A DNA stretch of 63,988 nucleotides, the filler included, from Octopus bimaculoides (Eukaryota), in NCBI RefSeq assembly GCF_001194135.2. It is 6 parts of 6 records of this genome, joined end to end, with 100 filler letters (N's around TTAATTAATTAA, not from the genome) between each part and the next. Parts side by side here need not be neighbours in the genome. Positions count along the whole stretch, not along the records: positions 1 to 12,533 come from NC_068982.1; positions 12,634 to 37,160 come from NC_068983.1; 4 more parts are not named here. The stretch is one strand, 5' to 3'. The position numbers and the translations under genes were made by a program. Positions 10,810 through 24,425 of this stretch are shown here, piece after piece. Positions within the stretch are counted from its first letter, which is position 1. Every line of letters begins with the position of its first letter. A model generated the notes under the pieces. The model ran no database searches. It was not told the origin of the DNA and worked only from the letters and a program-made list of their open reading frames with translations.

Positions 10810-12249
10810 TACAAAATCCTCCAAATGTGACACTGTGATATAAATCTGAGATGGCAGGATTCCAATAAATGCATTATTATTGCTCTCTTTAGTTCTGGGC
10901 TGATGGAGCTAGCTTAGAGGTCCGTACGGGGTGCAGCGTTTAAGCCAATATTAGATAAAACACGGTTAGGAAATTTTTCCCTTCATTTTTGTAGCTAATT
11001 TTTATCTTAAAAATAGCTTTTGTTCAACTTCCTATGCGAAGTGCATTGATATGTTTTTCTTTGAACTTGATGGTCAGTTAGCCACTAAGTCAGAAAGATT
11101 TAAAAACCACTATCCTTTTTTTGTTTTGCGCTTCGGCTTGATATCATGCAAGACAATTTTTCAACGAACCAGTGGATCAGGCGCATAACAAAACACAAGA
11201 AAGTGCAAAATATATACCTTAATTATTACATATTTAATACATATATGATGCAAAATCATCCTGCAATTTGCGATAGTCAATTAGATAGAAATAAAATTTC
11301 AAAATGTATTCATTCTGTGCGGCCCAGTGGTTGAGGACCGCGATAGATTGGCAGATCGTTAGAATGGCGGACAAAATGACTCCGCGGCATTTATTCTGGC
11401 TTTTTACATTCTAAATTCAAAAGCCCATCGAGGTCAACTTTACTTTTTATCCTTCCTGGATGGATAAAATAAAATATCGGTCAAGTACTAGAGGCGATAT
11501 AAAAATCGATTGTCCTTGGGGTACAGCTACTTGGTTACACAAGAACCTAAATAACAGTAGCCTAACTGTGGAGAGCTCCGACGGCAGGTGAGGTGATGAC
11601 ACATCTGGAGTTACACAATTGTTACACCTAATTATTATCTATTTACTTGTTACATTATACTTCTACCAGTACACACACATACATACACGCACACACTATC
11701 ATGCACTTACACACACTCAATTTATATCTCAATCTCTGCCCCCTCTGTTTGAACGCAGACCCCCATTAAAAGAGAATGAAAAGGCGAAAGAAAAAGAAAA
11801 CCAAACAGATCAAATCAAATAAAAAGAAAAGAAATAAAAAAAGCACAAGCCAGCAAATCAACACTGCAGTAGGTAAATAAACAACAATTCCAGCTAGCAG
11901 CTTTGCTTTATAAAACATGTTATTGACAGAGAAACAGTCAGGCTAACAGGCAGGCACACACATACGTAGCACGTGTCTGTCTGTTTATATTAAGAAGTGT
12001 GTTATGTTTATTTAGTTATTTATTTAGTCGTTTATGTATTTGTTAATTTATTTATTTATGTATCTTTTCTCCTTTTTATAAGTCACAGCGAGTCTAATTC
12101 ACTTTCAGATTACTTACTCTACATTTATATTGCTGGGTCAACAAGGGAGCTTCTAGATGGTCACACAGCCTGCTCGAAATGGTAGTCAAATGTCCCTTAA
12201 CTCGCCTCTTTTCGGTACTCGAAAGTAATAATAATTCTTACTGCCATCT

Positions 12250-12446
12250 GGACATGGCCTGAAATTTTGGGGTTGTTGTTAGTCGATTACATCGACTGCA
12301 AAGCTCAACTGGTACTTATTTTATCGACTCCGAAAGGATGAAAAAAGTAAAGTCGACCTCGGCGAGATTTGAGCTCAGAACGTAAAAGAGCCGGAAGAAA
12401 TGACATTAAGCATTTTGTCCGATGTGCTACCTGCTAGCTCACGGCC
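12250..12446 (-). mobile_element. SINE family C
   Basis: Reverse-complement match to 10144-10370. Confidence 0.8.
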
Positions 12447-14251
12447 TTTTTAATAATGTTTTCTACGAAAGTTTCAAGGCCTGGAATCTGGGGAAGGGGC
12501 TAGTCGAATTACATCGACTCCATGTTTAACTGGNNNNNNNNNNNNNNNNNNNNNNNNNNNNNNNNNNNNNNNNNNNNTTAATTAATTAANNNNNNNNNNN
12601 NNNNNNNNNNNNNNNNNNNNNNNNNNNNNNNNNTATATATATATATATTTTTATATATGAACCTTGCAAAATTAGGTAATCAGCTGTCCTGTTAAATATA
12701 TGCGTTTTGCTTTTCATTATCAAGGGAATGATATCCCGTTTGTAACACTCAATGTAACAACACGTAAGTAGTATGATACACCACGTGAAAAGACGTCCTT
12801 GCGAACTACGTAAAATATCTGAATAAAATCTTTAATATTCGTTTACTACAAAGGCAAAACTTATATCTTGGCAAACTGAACGAAACAAAACATGTAAGAT
12901 ATTCCTTTACACCTGACTGAGTATTGCCAACTTCAAATAGCAGCATTAGAACTGATAACGAGCTGGAAACATGAGTTAGTAGGTGATGCATTAGTGTTAT
13001 TGTAAGTGGGTCTACAGTACTGTTTACCTCTAGAATATTGTGGCGAAGGATGGTAGCAAGTGTGAGAGTGAATAGATTTCTTTAGGTGAAACTAGGTCTC
13101 ACATATGAAGCTGCTTATGTAGAACTAAGCCGAGATTCTATTTGGCAAAAAGGTAAACTGATATTGCAGACGGTGTGGAAAGAAATGCGAACTGGAGCAG
13201 TAATGAGTTGAGAGAGTGAGAGAGAGAGAGAGTGAGAGAGAGAGAAAGAGAGAGAGAGAGATGGGGGGGGGGGTGGAACAGAGGGAGAAAGAGAAAGAAA
13301 GAGAGACAGTGAGAGGGAGAGAGCGCGTATGTGTAGGGTTTGGCGAAAAAGTAAAAGAAGAAAATATCACGTGGTGCCTCTAACTAAATTATATGCTACA
13401 TTTAGGTAGAGCCTTGTTAAGCAGTTATAAATCTTTCTTATTAGAAATGATGTCTCGCAAACCAACATCCCATCTCTCTGCTTCTCAAACACAAACGCGC
13501 GTTTGCTTTATTTGTCTCTCTGTCCTCTTCTTTCTACCTTTCTTCTTTTCCTTCATTCTTTCCCGTTGTATTTCTCCGTAAGAAATATAACGACTCCGCA
13601 TCTCACTGGAGATGCTATAAAGTAAATATATGTGATATATTTGAAATAAAAAATACGATTAAAATTAAAATATAAAAGAGAAATTGAAGGGGACACACCT
13701 GGTGGCATTGAAATGCATTAAAATATAATCTTCATTTTTTAAATATATTTCTTTTTAGCTTTTATTTCTTTTAATTAATTAGTGAGGGGGTGGAGAATAG
13801 CAGCCAAACATTTAATTCTGGCTTTCATGAGTGTTGGCAAAAAGGGAAAAGGAACGGGATGTGAATTCAGCAAAAGGAATTCCCCTGGGCCAGGTGGGCT
13901 AGGAGGCGCTGCTAAATTGGACATAAGATGAAAATTACCAATCAACAAACCAGAAATTTGCCACATTTTCTTAAATCTCTTTTAAAAGGTATTGCTTGAT
14001 CCAAAGCTTTAACATAAAATACTTCTCTCCCCCACCCCCCGGTCTTAAACTGTCGTGCATTGGGATGGGAACATGGAACGATAAATTTTGCGAAGGGAAC
14101 TTCTTAACTAAACAGCGCCGTCTTCTTCACTGCGTTAGTTGTAATTTCAATGATGGGTGACTTTTATCTTTCATCCAGCCAGGCTGAGGGAGTAAAATAT
14201 GAGTTACATACCAGACTATCTTCACTCTGGTGTATCCCACTATTTCAGCAC

Positions 14252-14295
<44 letters not shown>

Positions 14296-14306
14296 ATATG
14301 TATGTA

Positions 14307-14342
<36 letters not shown>

Positions 14343-14782
14343 TGTGTGTATGTATATATATATATATNNNNNNNNNNNNNNNNNNNNNNNNNNNNNNNNN
14401 NNNNNNNNNNNNNNNNNNNNNNNNNNNNNNNNNNNNNNNNNNNNNNNNNNNNNNNNNNNNNNNNNNNNNNNNNNNNNNNNNNNNNNNNNNNNNNNNNNNN
14501 NNNNNNNNNNNNNNNNNNNNNNNNNNNNNNNNNNNNNNNNNNNNNNATTCAGTACTGAATAAGTGTCACATAGTCGAGCAGCATAGTCGAGATGTGTTTT
14601 CTTCTCTTACTCTTGTTTTTTGCAAACATCTTCAAAATGACTTTCTAAAATGAAATTCCATTATGCAGCTGAGGAGTACATTTTCATTGTATTTTCTGTA
14701 GTGTTCTCACTACATAAATAAATGGAGCTTGTACGAAACGTACGTACTGCTATAACCTATTGAATTTTTGTTGCTTAACTTC

Positions 14783-14822
<40 letters not shown>

Positions 14823-15135
14823 GTATAGATGTATGTGTATACACATGCATAATGTCCATATACATATATATTTAGTAGATCAAGACGATAGGAGTATACT
14901 TAACATCATCACCATCATCATCATCATCGAGCCTGCAGAACCGTTAACATGCCGGACAAAATACTTAGCGGCTGTGTCTTTCGGATCTGAGTTCAAATGT
15001 CACCGTTCACGACTGTCAATAAAATGAATACCTGTCAAGAAGTGGGAGTCAATGTTATCGACTGGACTCGTCCCTCAAAATTCTAGATATCCTGATTATA
15101 TTACAAAGGATTATTATTATAATTGTTGTCTAAAA

Positions 15136-15346
15136 GGCGGCGAGCTGGCAGAGTCGTTAGGACGCCGGGCGATATGCGTAGCGGTATTTCTTAAGTCTTC
15201 ATGTTCTGAGTTCAAATGCCGCCGTAGTCGACTTTGCCTTTCATCTCTTTTGGAGTCGATGAAATAAATACCAGTTGAGTACTGGGGTCTATGCTAATCG
15301 ACTCTCACCCTGCTACAAAATGTCAGGCCTTGTGCTCGTAGAAAGT
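15136..15346 (+). mobile_element. SINE family C (a more decayed copy lies just upstream at about 14930-15090)
   Basis: ggcggcgagctggcagagtcgttagg...gtcgactttgcctttcatc. Confidence 0.85.
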
Positions 15347-16487
15347 TTTAACAGCAAAAGCAGAATACGCTGATGAGTTCTTGTGGAGACAGAAGATCCA
15401 AGATCGCGTTGGGAATAAGGTGCAATAGGCAACTTTAATTCCTGTTAATTAACCACAGTAATTAGCTATAGTAATTATAGATATAATGACAGTCAACATC
15501 ATATTCCTTGATTATTGTTAGTCACACAATGATACAATGGAGCTGTCCAATGAATTATGTAGAACTTCGATCTTCTGTTAATCCTAAAATAGTGGAATTG
15601 AATGTGGAATCTATGGAACTTTGGTCTACTGTTGGTTTTCCATTGATACAGTAGAATATGTCCAGCCTAGTATTGGTCGTATGAGTCTATTATTTCATGT
15701 GTTCAAACGATAATATTAATCTCAGTATCAGACTGGTTTGTTATATTATCGATTCTACAAAAATAAAAAGAAAATAGACTCCTTACCATATTTGAACTCT
15801 GAGCGTAAAGGGCCATACTAATTAACACATTTCTCAAACGCATATCTAATTTCACTGCGCTTCTAATAGTTGTACAGTAATTTGAGAAGTAGGAGGAGGA
15901 AGAAATGTGAGAAAGGATGAAGCAGGAGATGGTATTAGGAGAAATTAGAGGTGGAGGAGGGGCATAGTAAATGTAAACTAATCATAGACAAGATATAGAA
16001 TCTTACTCTCAGCTTATCGTGTTCAGCTCCGCCGTTCCCAACACTTCAAGCTCTGAAATAGGGGGCGTATCGTTAGAACCATTCTCAAGTACTTTTATAT
16101 GCGTTTCCTTTGCCAAAAGTTGCTTGAAAATTACGGAAGACCAACTGTGCCATTATTAGTTCAATATTTTGTTCAGTTGCCTCATGAGTTCATGGCAAGT
16201 TTGTCCTGATTGTTTAAGTCTTGCATTTACAATCACAAGATTGTGGTTTCGAATCCTGGAACGAGCAGTGCATCATGTTACGTTTCGAAGCGAAATACTT
16301 CATTTTACGTTTTCCCAATCCACTCAGCTTGTAAATGATTAACTCCGAGGCAGACAGGCGACCCGTCCAAGGGGAATGTTGTGACCTTGGGCACTTATAC
16401 GCCACGGAAATCGAGCGGCCAATCGTCGGAATCCAAGGATTCAAGACAACGATATACATGAGATTGATATTGATAAAATGATTCGTA

Positions 16488-16854
16488 GCGCTCCGTCGGT
16501 TGCGACGACGAGGGTTCCAGATCAACGGAACAGCCTGCTCGTGAAATTAACGTGCAAGTGGCTGAGCACTCCACAGACACGCGTACCCTTAATGTAGTTC
16601 TAAGAAAGATTCAGCGTGACACAGAGTGTGACAAGGCTGGACCTTTGAAATACAGGTTCAACAGAAACAGGATGAATGAGTGAGAGAAAGTTGTGGTGAA
16701 AGAGTACAGCAGAGTTCGCCCCCACCCTTGCAGAAACCTCGTAGAACTTTAGGTGTTTTCCTCAATAAGCACTCACTACGCTCGGTCTGGGAATCGAAAC
16801 CGCGAGCCTATGACAGCGAGTCTGCTGCCCTAGCCACTGGGCCATTGCGCCTCC
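16488..16854 (-). mobile_element. SINE family E, full length
   Basis: Reverse-complement match to 434-765. Confidence 0.9.
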
Positions 16855-17200
16855 ACATTAAATGATTGACCAGTTCCTCTTTCACTGTGAGTCACGAGAA
16901 ATTTTCCTCACACTGAATCATGACATTTTGATGGTTAAAGGTCCTTGAGAGGATTCACTTGTGTTTTAGAGATCTAAAAATAGGGAATAGTCACTCGAAG
17001 CTTTCAGTTTTATAGCGGATGCCGGCATTTATTTCTATGAATTCTTTGCCACATCGCGATGAATTGGTGACCGTTTAATGTGTCCTTTTCTAAGAATTGG
17101 GTTATAATTTGAGGCCGACCTGACTGTTACTACTAGCAGGCCGAGTGATGACATAGATGGAACTCTGGTTGCTTCATAACAATGACAAACGTCGATACTA

Positions 17201-17548
17201 CTTTTGGCTGCGGCCATGCTGAAGCATCGGCTTTAGTTGACCAGATCAACCCCAGGACCTATTCTTTGTAAACCTAGTACTTATTCTATCGGTCACTTTT
17301 CCCGAACCGCTACGTTATGGGCACGTAAACACACTAACATCAGTTGTCAAGCGCGGGTGATGGGACATACACACATACACACACATATATACGACAAGCT
17401 TCTTTCAGTTTCCGTCTACCAAATCCACTCACACGGCTTTGGTTGTCCCGAGGCTGTAGTAGTAGACACTTGCCCAATGTGCTACGCAGTGGGACTGAAC
17501 CCGGAACCATGTGCTTGGTAAGCAAACTACATACCACACAGCCACGCT
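17201..17548 (-). mobile_element. SINE family A, near full length
   Basis: All modules present. Confidence 0.85.
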
Positions 17549-18338
17549 TGCGCTTATTGTTGCGTAACTGAAAGAACAAATAGCATTTTGACCAGGTTTA
17601 TTGATCTGAAAGATAGATTGGTCATTGGGCAGAGAAAAGGAATGTTCAACCGTAACAAATGTTCATTTAGCTTATTGAAAAAAACTCATACTAAATCAGT
17701 TATGCTTTGTAAAAAAAAAATCATTTCCTTTTAAATAAGAGCCATATTTACCTTTATTTAATTCAGTTTTCTTCCATTTCTAAAACGATAAAGGAAAAAA
17801 ACCGGTCGTTCATTTTCGACCCCCATCATCGTGCCACTAAACTAAAACTAAACTGAAATAAAGACTTTGTTATAATCATTCTGAATTTGTGCTCTCCACT
17901 CTCGTCTAAAATAACGTAAGCTTGGTTTGAATGTGTAAGCACATTAAAACAGGAAACAAGAGAACAAACACCGTCTCACGATTCGCTGTATCAACAATCC
18001 CTGGAACGCAACGCAAAATGAAATAGTAAAATGTTCCATGTGCAAAACAAATTTCAATTCCATTCAATTTCGTTGTTATTTTAGTTCTTGTTAATCTGTG
18101 GAGAATTGCCAGTGTTTCAAATATCACTTTTAAAAGCCATTCACATATTTTCATTCATAAGTTAAAATTCACTCGCTCCCTGCCACCTCCAAGTCTACTA
18201 CCAAAATACTAGTCTCTTCTATTTCATAGAAACATGAAATTATTTCAACATTTCTTCACTATGGACAATGTTTCCACCTCCAGCTACAAGTGGTACCGAG
18301 TGACGGACGGACGGACGGCTCATAAATTGATTTCGTTA

Positions 18339-19170
18339 CTGTGTTGAGTGAAAAGTTTCGAAACATTTTCGTGACTTATTTCCTTTATTCGTCACTTCTC
18401 AACAAAAGCAACCTAACATTCAAAGTAGAAACCATCGTGTTGCATCGTTTAAAGACACGCTGGCATCAGCTCTTGTCCATCACTGAAACTTCCAAAACCT
18501 CTTAGTTGATGAAGGTATCGCGAGCACAGCATGTGAGCCATGGATCACTACAAGTTATAATCCGAGAGAGATATTTTTCCACAATCCCATCGTGTATAAG
18601 CAGTGGTTAAGCAAGGGACAGTTTCCAAAACCTGTCGCTAAATATGGACGTTTCGGACACAAGGTAATATTCTGCGTTTGGTGGAATTATGAGGGGATAA
18701 TTCACTAGGAGTTGGTTGTGGATGGCCGAACCATCAATATCAACCTGTACTTCGAACAGCTGGAGTGGATGTATGCCATTGTACTGCAAGAATACCCGGC
18801 ATTATTTTACGGAAAGCGAGTGCTTCTGCAGCAAGACAACGCAAGACTTGACAGGGATCCAACGAACCGGAATAACTTCCGGGAACTTGTGGGAATCGAA
18901 CTGACTGTATACCCAGCATATAGTCCGAACCAAGCTCCCTCGCATTATTGCTTGTTCTGATCCATGACTCACTTTCTGCGCTCGCGATGCTTCATCAAGC
19001 AAGTGGTGGGGGTGGAAGCTTCAAGGATAGAGCTCTTCACCTTGATGGACAAGAACTGATTCCAGCGTGGGATCAAAGAAGAGGCAGAAAGGTAGATTCA
19101 GATGGGGCAACACGTTGATCCCTACTTTGAATGCTTGACTGATTTTGTTGTAATTTGACGAATAAAGCAA
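18339..19170 (+). mobile_element. Mariner transposon relic
   Basis: Broken frames give KVIFCVWWNYEGIIH*ELV...RVLLQQDNAR...YPAYSPNQAPSHYCLF (mariner WW, HDNARPH and YSPDLAP motifs). TIR-like start after TA. Confidence 0.85.
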
Positions 19171-20959
19171 ATAAATTACCAAAATATTCACGCATATAGA
19201 AGTAAATATACACTCGTAAAGTAACGAATCTCTGTCTGTTTCGACGATGAGCATCGAATTGTTCATTTGCTCAATTCCTTGTTAATAGAATTTTAACGTA
19301 AGGGATTGAATATAGCTCATGCAACTGCCCCACCATACAGGATCTGCTGAGAATAGAAATTGCATCCATTAAAAGTTCCCAAGTCTTGAGAAGATATATT
19401 TCTGTAGTGAGTATAACTGATTTGGCAGCCTCGCCGCCATAACTCACACCAATATGAATTCCCTTGTTACTATTAAATTCTACAGGAATTTGCACCATTT
19501 CACCACTGGTACTTAAAGCATTTTTCTGAAGATGCGTCTAAAACACTTTGCTTTGTCACTAACCAATATTTTGCTTTTCATATCTTAAGTTCGCTCGCTC
19601 TCGTTGATCTACCTTATTAAGAGATTTTTCATCTCATAGCTGTGCAAAACACAAATCTCAAGATATAATTTGGACGCCACCAAAGAACTTTTTATTGAAT
19701 CATTTCTTTCTCTTAAAAGCTGAATAAATCATAGAATTGGCCAACCATACATCACGAAAACTGATGTATCTCTCACACAGATTATGCATGTCTTTGTTTC
19801 CACTATAATATTCGGCCATGCAGGCTTTGTTTCCGACATTTCGATGAAATTTTTTTTTTCTATTTAAAAAGAAGATACTACAGAAGTACGAATTTTCGTA
19901 ACCCCTCCACCTCCATAAATCGAAAGACTTCCTTTGTTTCTGCTTCTAATAAAACACTAAAATCAAGATGGCACTTTTAATATAGTGAAACACGTCCAGT
20001 AGAGTCAGTGAGCAGTTGTGATGTGCAGAATCTATGAACGTGTTTCCTTCAGCGATGGTCAATTTGTGTGAGTGGGACTAGGTAACATTTCGGTATGCTA
20101 ATGGAAAATCTTCACACACACACACAAACACACACACGCACACACTACGTCTGTAAAACACACACACATGCTATATATATGCACATCTGGTACATATGTC
20201 CATTAACAATTGCCATTTAGAGATCGTGACACTTCCCCTAAAGACGCAGATAATCTTAGAAACTGAAGAATTTATGTTGACTGACATTTGCTGTACCTGT
20301 ATTTCGCAATGTTATTCAAATACGTATCACTGACCATTCTAACTTATTTCTCTTAGTTAATTCTTGTGTACCAGTAACCTACGCCATATATAATTTCTGT
20401 TCTATTTCGTATAAGTTAAAATGTCTTGGCTACAAGAAATAACGAAGGGCAATTGAGCTGCTGAAAACGTCTATCAAACCGGAAACACGTAGCTTCTCTT
20501 CTGTCTATAAGCCTATATCTGCTCAATCGCATCTCAGCTTTGGAGAATCCCTGGCTCTTGAGGTTATCTCCTCTTTGCATTTAGAGCTGGTCCAAATTGC
20601 CATTTAATAATAATGACTCATCTTATGGAGATAATTTTAATAAACCAAGAATTGTATTGCATTTGGAACAATACCAATATTTGTTTTATATCTTTATCTT
20701 CTTGTCTATGTACACACACAGCGATATATAACAACATTCGATAGTCTAGCCAATACTGTGATGCCGCGATATATATATATATACCAGTTGTGATAACTGA
20801 AACTAACCTCAATTAGCCTAAATTCCCAAAACTGTCTGATGAATGGTAACCTGATACTTTGAGTGAAAGTTTTTGAATAATTTTCGCTTCCAATAAAGTA
20901 GTATTTTACTTTTCATTTGCTATACGAGTATTATTTTCTCTACCTTCTTTTCCCACATA

Positions 20960-20996
<37 letters not shown>

Positions 20997-21059
20997 ACTT
21001 GAGTGTGCGCATGTGCGCGTGCATGTGTATAGATATCACCATCATCATCATCATCAACC

Positions 21060-21060
<1 letters not shown>

Positions 21061-21106
<46 letters not shown>

Positions 21107-21392
21107 TATTGCCTTTGTACAGCTTCTAACGCTGGAGATGTACTACAGTCTCAGCTGTTCACTACCAGTGNNNNNNNNNNTTTCCAGCACCTTCCGGAGT
21201 ATTCAAGCGATTCCAAGCTGTGCTATGTTTCTGCAAGTGCTCCACCCTTATTGCAGCCCCTATTTGTTCCATGTACTTCTCAAGATTTTTGCTCACTGTT
21301 CCCAGGGCTCCGACAATTATTGGTACTACTGCTACCTATTTCATCGACCAGAACTGCTTCACTTCCCAAGCTAACCTGTCATATCTCTCGAC

Positions 21393-21453
<61 letters not shown>

Positions 21454-21630
21454 CATTGCCTTTGCACAGCTTCTAACGCTGGAGATGTACTACAGTGTCA
21501 GCTGTTCACTACCAGTGAACTAAGCTAACACCTCTTATTTTTCGAGCACCTTCCGGAGTATTCAAGCGATTCCAAGCTGTGCTATGTTTCTGCAAGTGAT
21601 CCACTCTTATTGTAGACCCTAGGGACTGCA

Positions 21631-21698
<68 letters not shown>

Positions 21699-22720
21699 GT
21701 GTGATTTCAATTTGCAGATATTTATAATGAGAAAGCTTTCCATATTCCTTTCTTGAGACGTTTTGATGTTGTGGGACAGGCATATCTATTAACAGACAAG
21801 TTCCTCTGTTGTAGTCTTTGATCTCAATGTCTGGTCGGTTGGAGTCAATTTGTCTGTTTGTATTGGGAAGTTCAAAAGGATTGTGACACCCTCGCTATTT
21901 CCACGATCTTCTGGATAGTGCCTGTACCACTTATCATGGGATTTAATTTTGTAGAATTAACAAGCATTCCAGTGGATGTACTGCCCTAGTCTGTCAAGTC
22001 TTATGAAGTACTCCTTTTCAGCGAGGACTGGGCAGCCAGAATCACGATTAACTGTCTCTCTCAATTTTTCGCAAATTATGCACGAGGGGTCAGATCCATT
22101 TCAAGAACGCTTGCATGGTAGTTTCTGGTATGTAAGTCCTGATCTTGCGCTGCAATAATAATTCATTCCGTTTCCCCTTTTAGACCTGTCCGTTGTAGCC
22201 ATTGGTGTGTTAGATTCTGATCAATATCTGGCTTGGATAGGCGGTTAGGGCATTTTCCACGCAGGAGTTTACCTTTCTGATTGTCTTCGATATTATTCAA
22301 GGAAGCCTTCTTTGCTTTTTGTTTGATGATTTTTGCATCAATGATAGGTTTGTCACTATTTAGATCCCTTTGGTCTTTCTGATTGTTAATTTCTAAACTA
22401 CGAGAAGCAATGGTACGTCTGTTAGAATTTGGGGGTCTTTGGTCATTCTTATTGTTAACTTGTAGACCAAGAGTCTTTTTAAATGTCTTACTAAGCTTCA
22501 TGACTGAAGCTTGTTTGGAATCTTCATTGCAGTTCGTAAGAGCACATCAAATTCTGTCTCTCCGTTCTCCATCCTTTCAAACATTTTCCAAGCGTTACCC
22601 ACTATTCTCGTCTCCTTGGCCCCAAGGCCGTATTTTGTTCGATTGTTCGTCCTCCTCCACCGTCCTAAATCCCACTCTGTGTCCTTTTGTTTGCTTTGTT
22701 TTGCTTTGTTTGCTCTTGTC
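21061..22720 (-). mobile_element. Stack of three R4/Dong-type non-LTR fragments separated by (TAA)n
   Basis: Minus strand gives PIIVGALGTVSKNLEKYMEQIG (REL C-terminus) and, upstream, CIICEKLRETV..SGCPVLAEKEYFIRLDRLGQYIHW (zinc-knuckle region) plus IDQNLTHQWLQRTGLKGETE. (TTA)n tracts at about 21061-21106, 21392-21452 and 21631-21697. Confidence 0.85.
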
Positions 22721-23330
22721 TCTAATTTTACGCAAGAAAACTTTTTTTGCGTGCACCGCCCATTGGGAAGCATCCAGCTTTAGCGTTCAATGTACGAAAC
22801 TGAAAGACTACCATTGGTCGATAACTGATGAAGAATTATGGACCTTCTTTTTGTCTCCCGTTCGTTTTTACAATCACTATACGTTATGTCATTTGTTTAT
22901 GCATCTATCCATTTATGTATGTATATATNNNNNNNNNNNNNNNNNNNNNNNNNNNNNNNNNNNNNNNNNNNNNNNNNNNNNNNNNNNNNNNNNNNNNNNN
23001 NNNNNNNNNNNNNNNNNNNNNNNNNNNNNNNNNNNNNNNNNNNNNNNNNNNNNNNNNNNNNNNNNNNNNNNNNNNNNNNNNNNNNNNNNNNNNNNNNNNN
23101 NNNNNNNNNNNNNNNNNNNNNNNNNNNNNNNNNNNNNNNNNNNNNNNNNNNNNNNNNNNNNNNNNNNNNNNNNNNNNNNNNNNNNNNNNNNNNNNNNNNN
23201 NNNNNNNNNNNNNNNNNNNNNNNNNNNNNNNNNNNNNNNNNNNNNNNNNNNNNNNNNNNNNNNNNNNNNNNNNNNNNNNNNNNNNNNNNNNNNNNNNNNN
23301 NNNNNNNNNNNNNNNNNNNNNNNNNNNNNA

Positions 23331-23494
23331 AAGAGATAGAGACTTCGAACTCGACAGATCCATATTCCATTTATTTCCCATCGTATGTCCACATTTCTGT
23401 GCCCAAAACTATCCAGGTTTGGGCACAGAAATGTTGACATAGGATGGTAAATAAATGGAATATGGATCTGTCGAGTTCGAAGTCTCTATCTCTT
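23331..23494. repeat. Long foldback: 77-bp arms, 10-nt loop
   Basis: 23331-23407 is the reverse complement of 23418-23494 with 3 mismatches; the left arm abuts an N gap. Confidence 0.9.
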
Positions 23495-24346
23495 TTAAAT
23501 ATAAAAATTTAAAACCTTGAAATATATATATATATATACATTTCGTTTTTGTATCTGGTTTGTAAGATCTTTTATGAAAATTCTTGCCTTGAAACAAATT
23601 CCGTTTTGTCTGGGGAGAGTCATGCTGTCTTAATATCTAACACACTCACTGGTTCAATTTCCACTCATTTTTTATTGAAATTTTTTTCTTTCGACTCTTT
23701 TTTCCTCTCTATTTTCTTTCTCTTTTGCTTCTTTTCTTTTATATAAATAATAAATGAGTGCCAATTAAAACAGTGAGCGTGTTAAATATTAAGGGAGTAT
23801 GATTATTACCAGACAAAGCGATATATATCTAAGGGCGTATGAGTTACTGTTGCAGTCACGATCTAGCGGTCATGGTTTCAATTCCTAGACTGGGTGGTGC
23901 GTTGTGTTTTTGAGCAAAAAAACTTCATCTCACGTTCCTTTGCACCTATTCACTATAAACAAATCATTTGTGCAGGTTATTTGGCGAAAACAACACTCAT
24001 ACATCATCTAAAATGGGAGAGCCCATCATATATATAGACCTTGCTATGTCAAGATGGACTTATATATTCTTCCTCTCATTTGGATTTTATGTATGCTCTC
24101 TCCCACTTAGTTTTAATATGTTGCCACATTTGTAATGTCTTTTTTCTGCATTTTCGTGCAGCTGAAGATTGCTCTTCATATTGCATTTAAGGTAATGCTC
24201 ACATTACTTAAATAAATTGAAGTAGCATGAAACGTGCGTACTGCAATCACTTTTGAAATCCGTGTTGCTTATTGTTTGATTTTAATCACCCATCCTTTTG
24301 GGATGTGATATTCGGGTGCCTTCGCATAAGNNNNNNNNNNTTTATG

Positions 24347-24425
<79 letters not shown>

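Noticed and set aside
12578-12589. TTAATTAATTAA islands centred in N runs (also 37205, 51860, 58717, 62413)
   Set aside because: Here it has exactly 44 N on each side (100 bp total), the other islands show the same layout, and the 12-mer gives stops in all six frames. It is an artificial scaffolding spacer, not biology.
15368-15400. CTGATGAG hammerhead-like core (also CTGATGA at about 22825, 53862, 54268 and CTGAAGA minus at about 32375)
   Set aside because: No correctly placed GAAA with paired stems and NUH. Several lie inside SINE or TE coding sequence.
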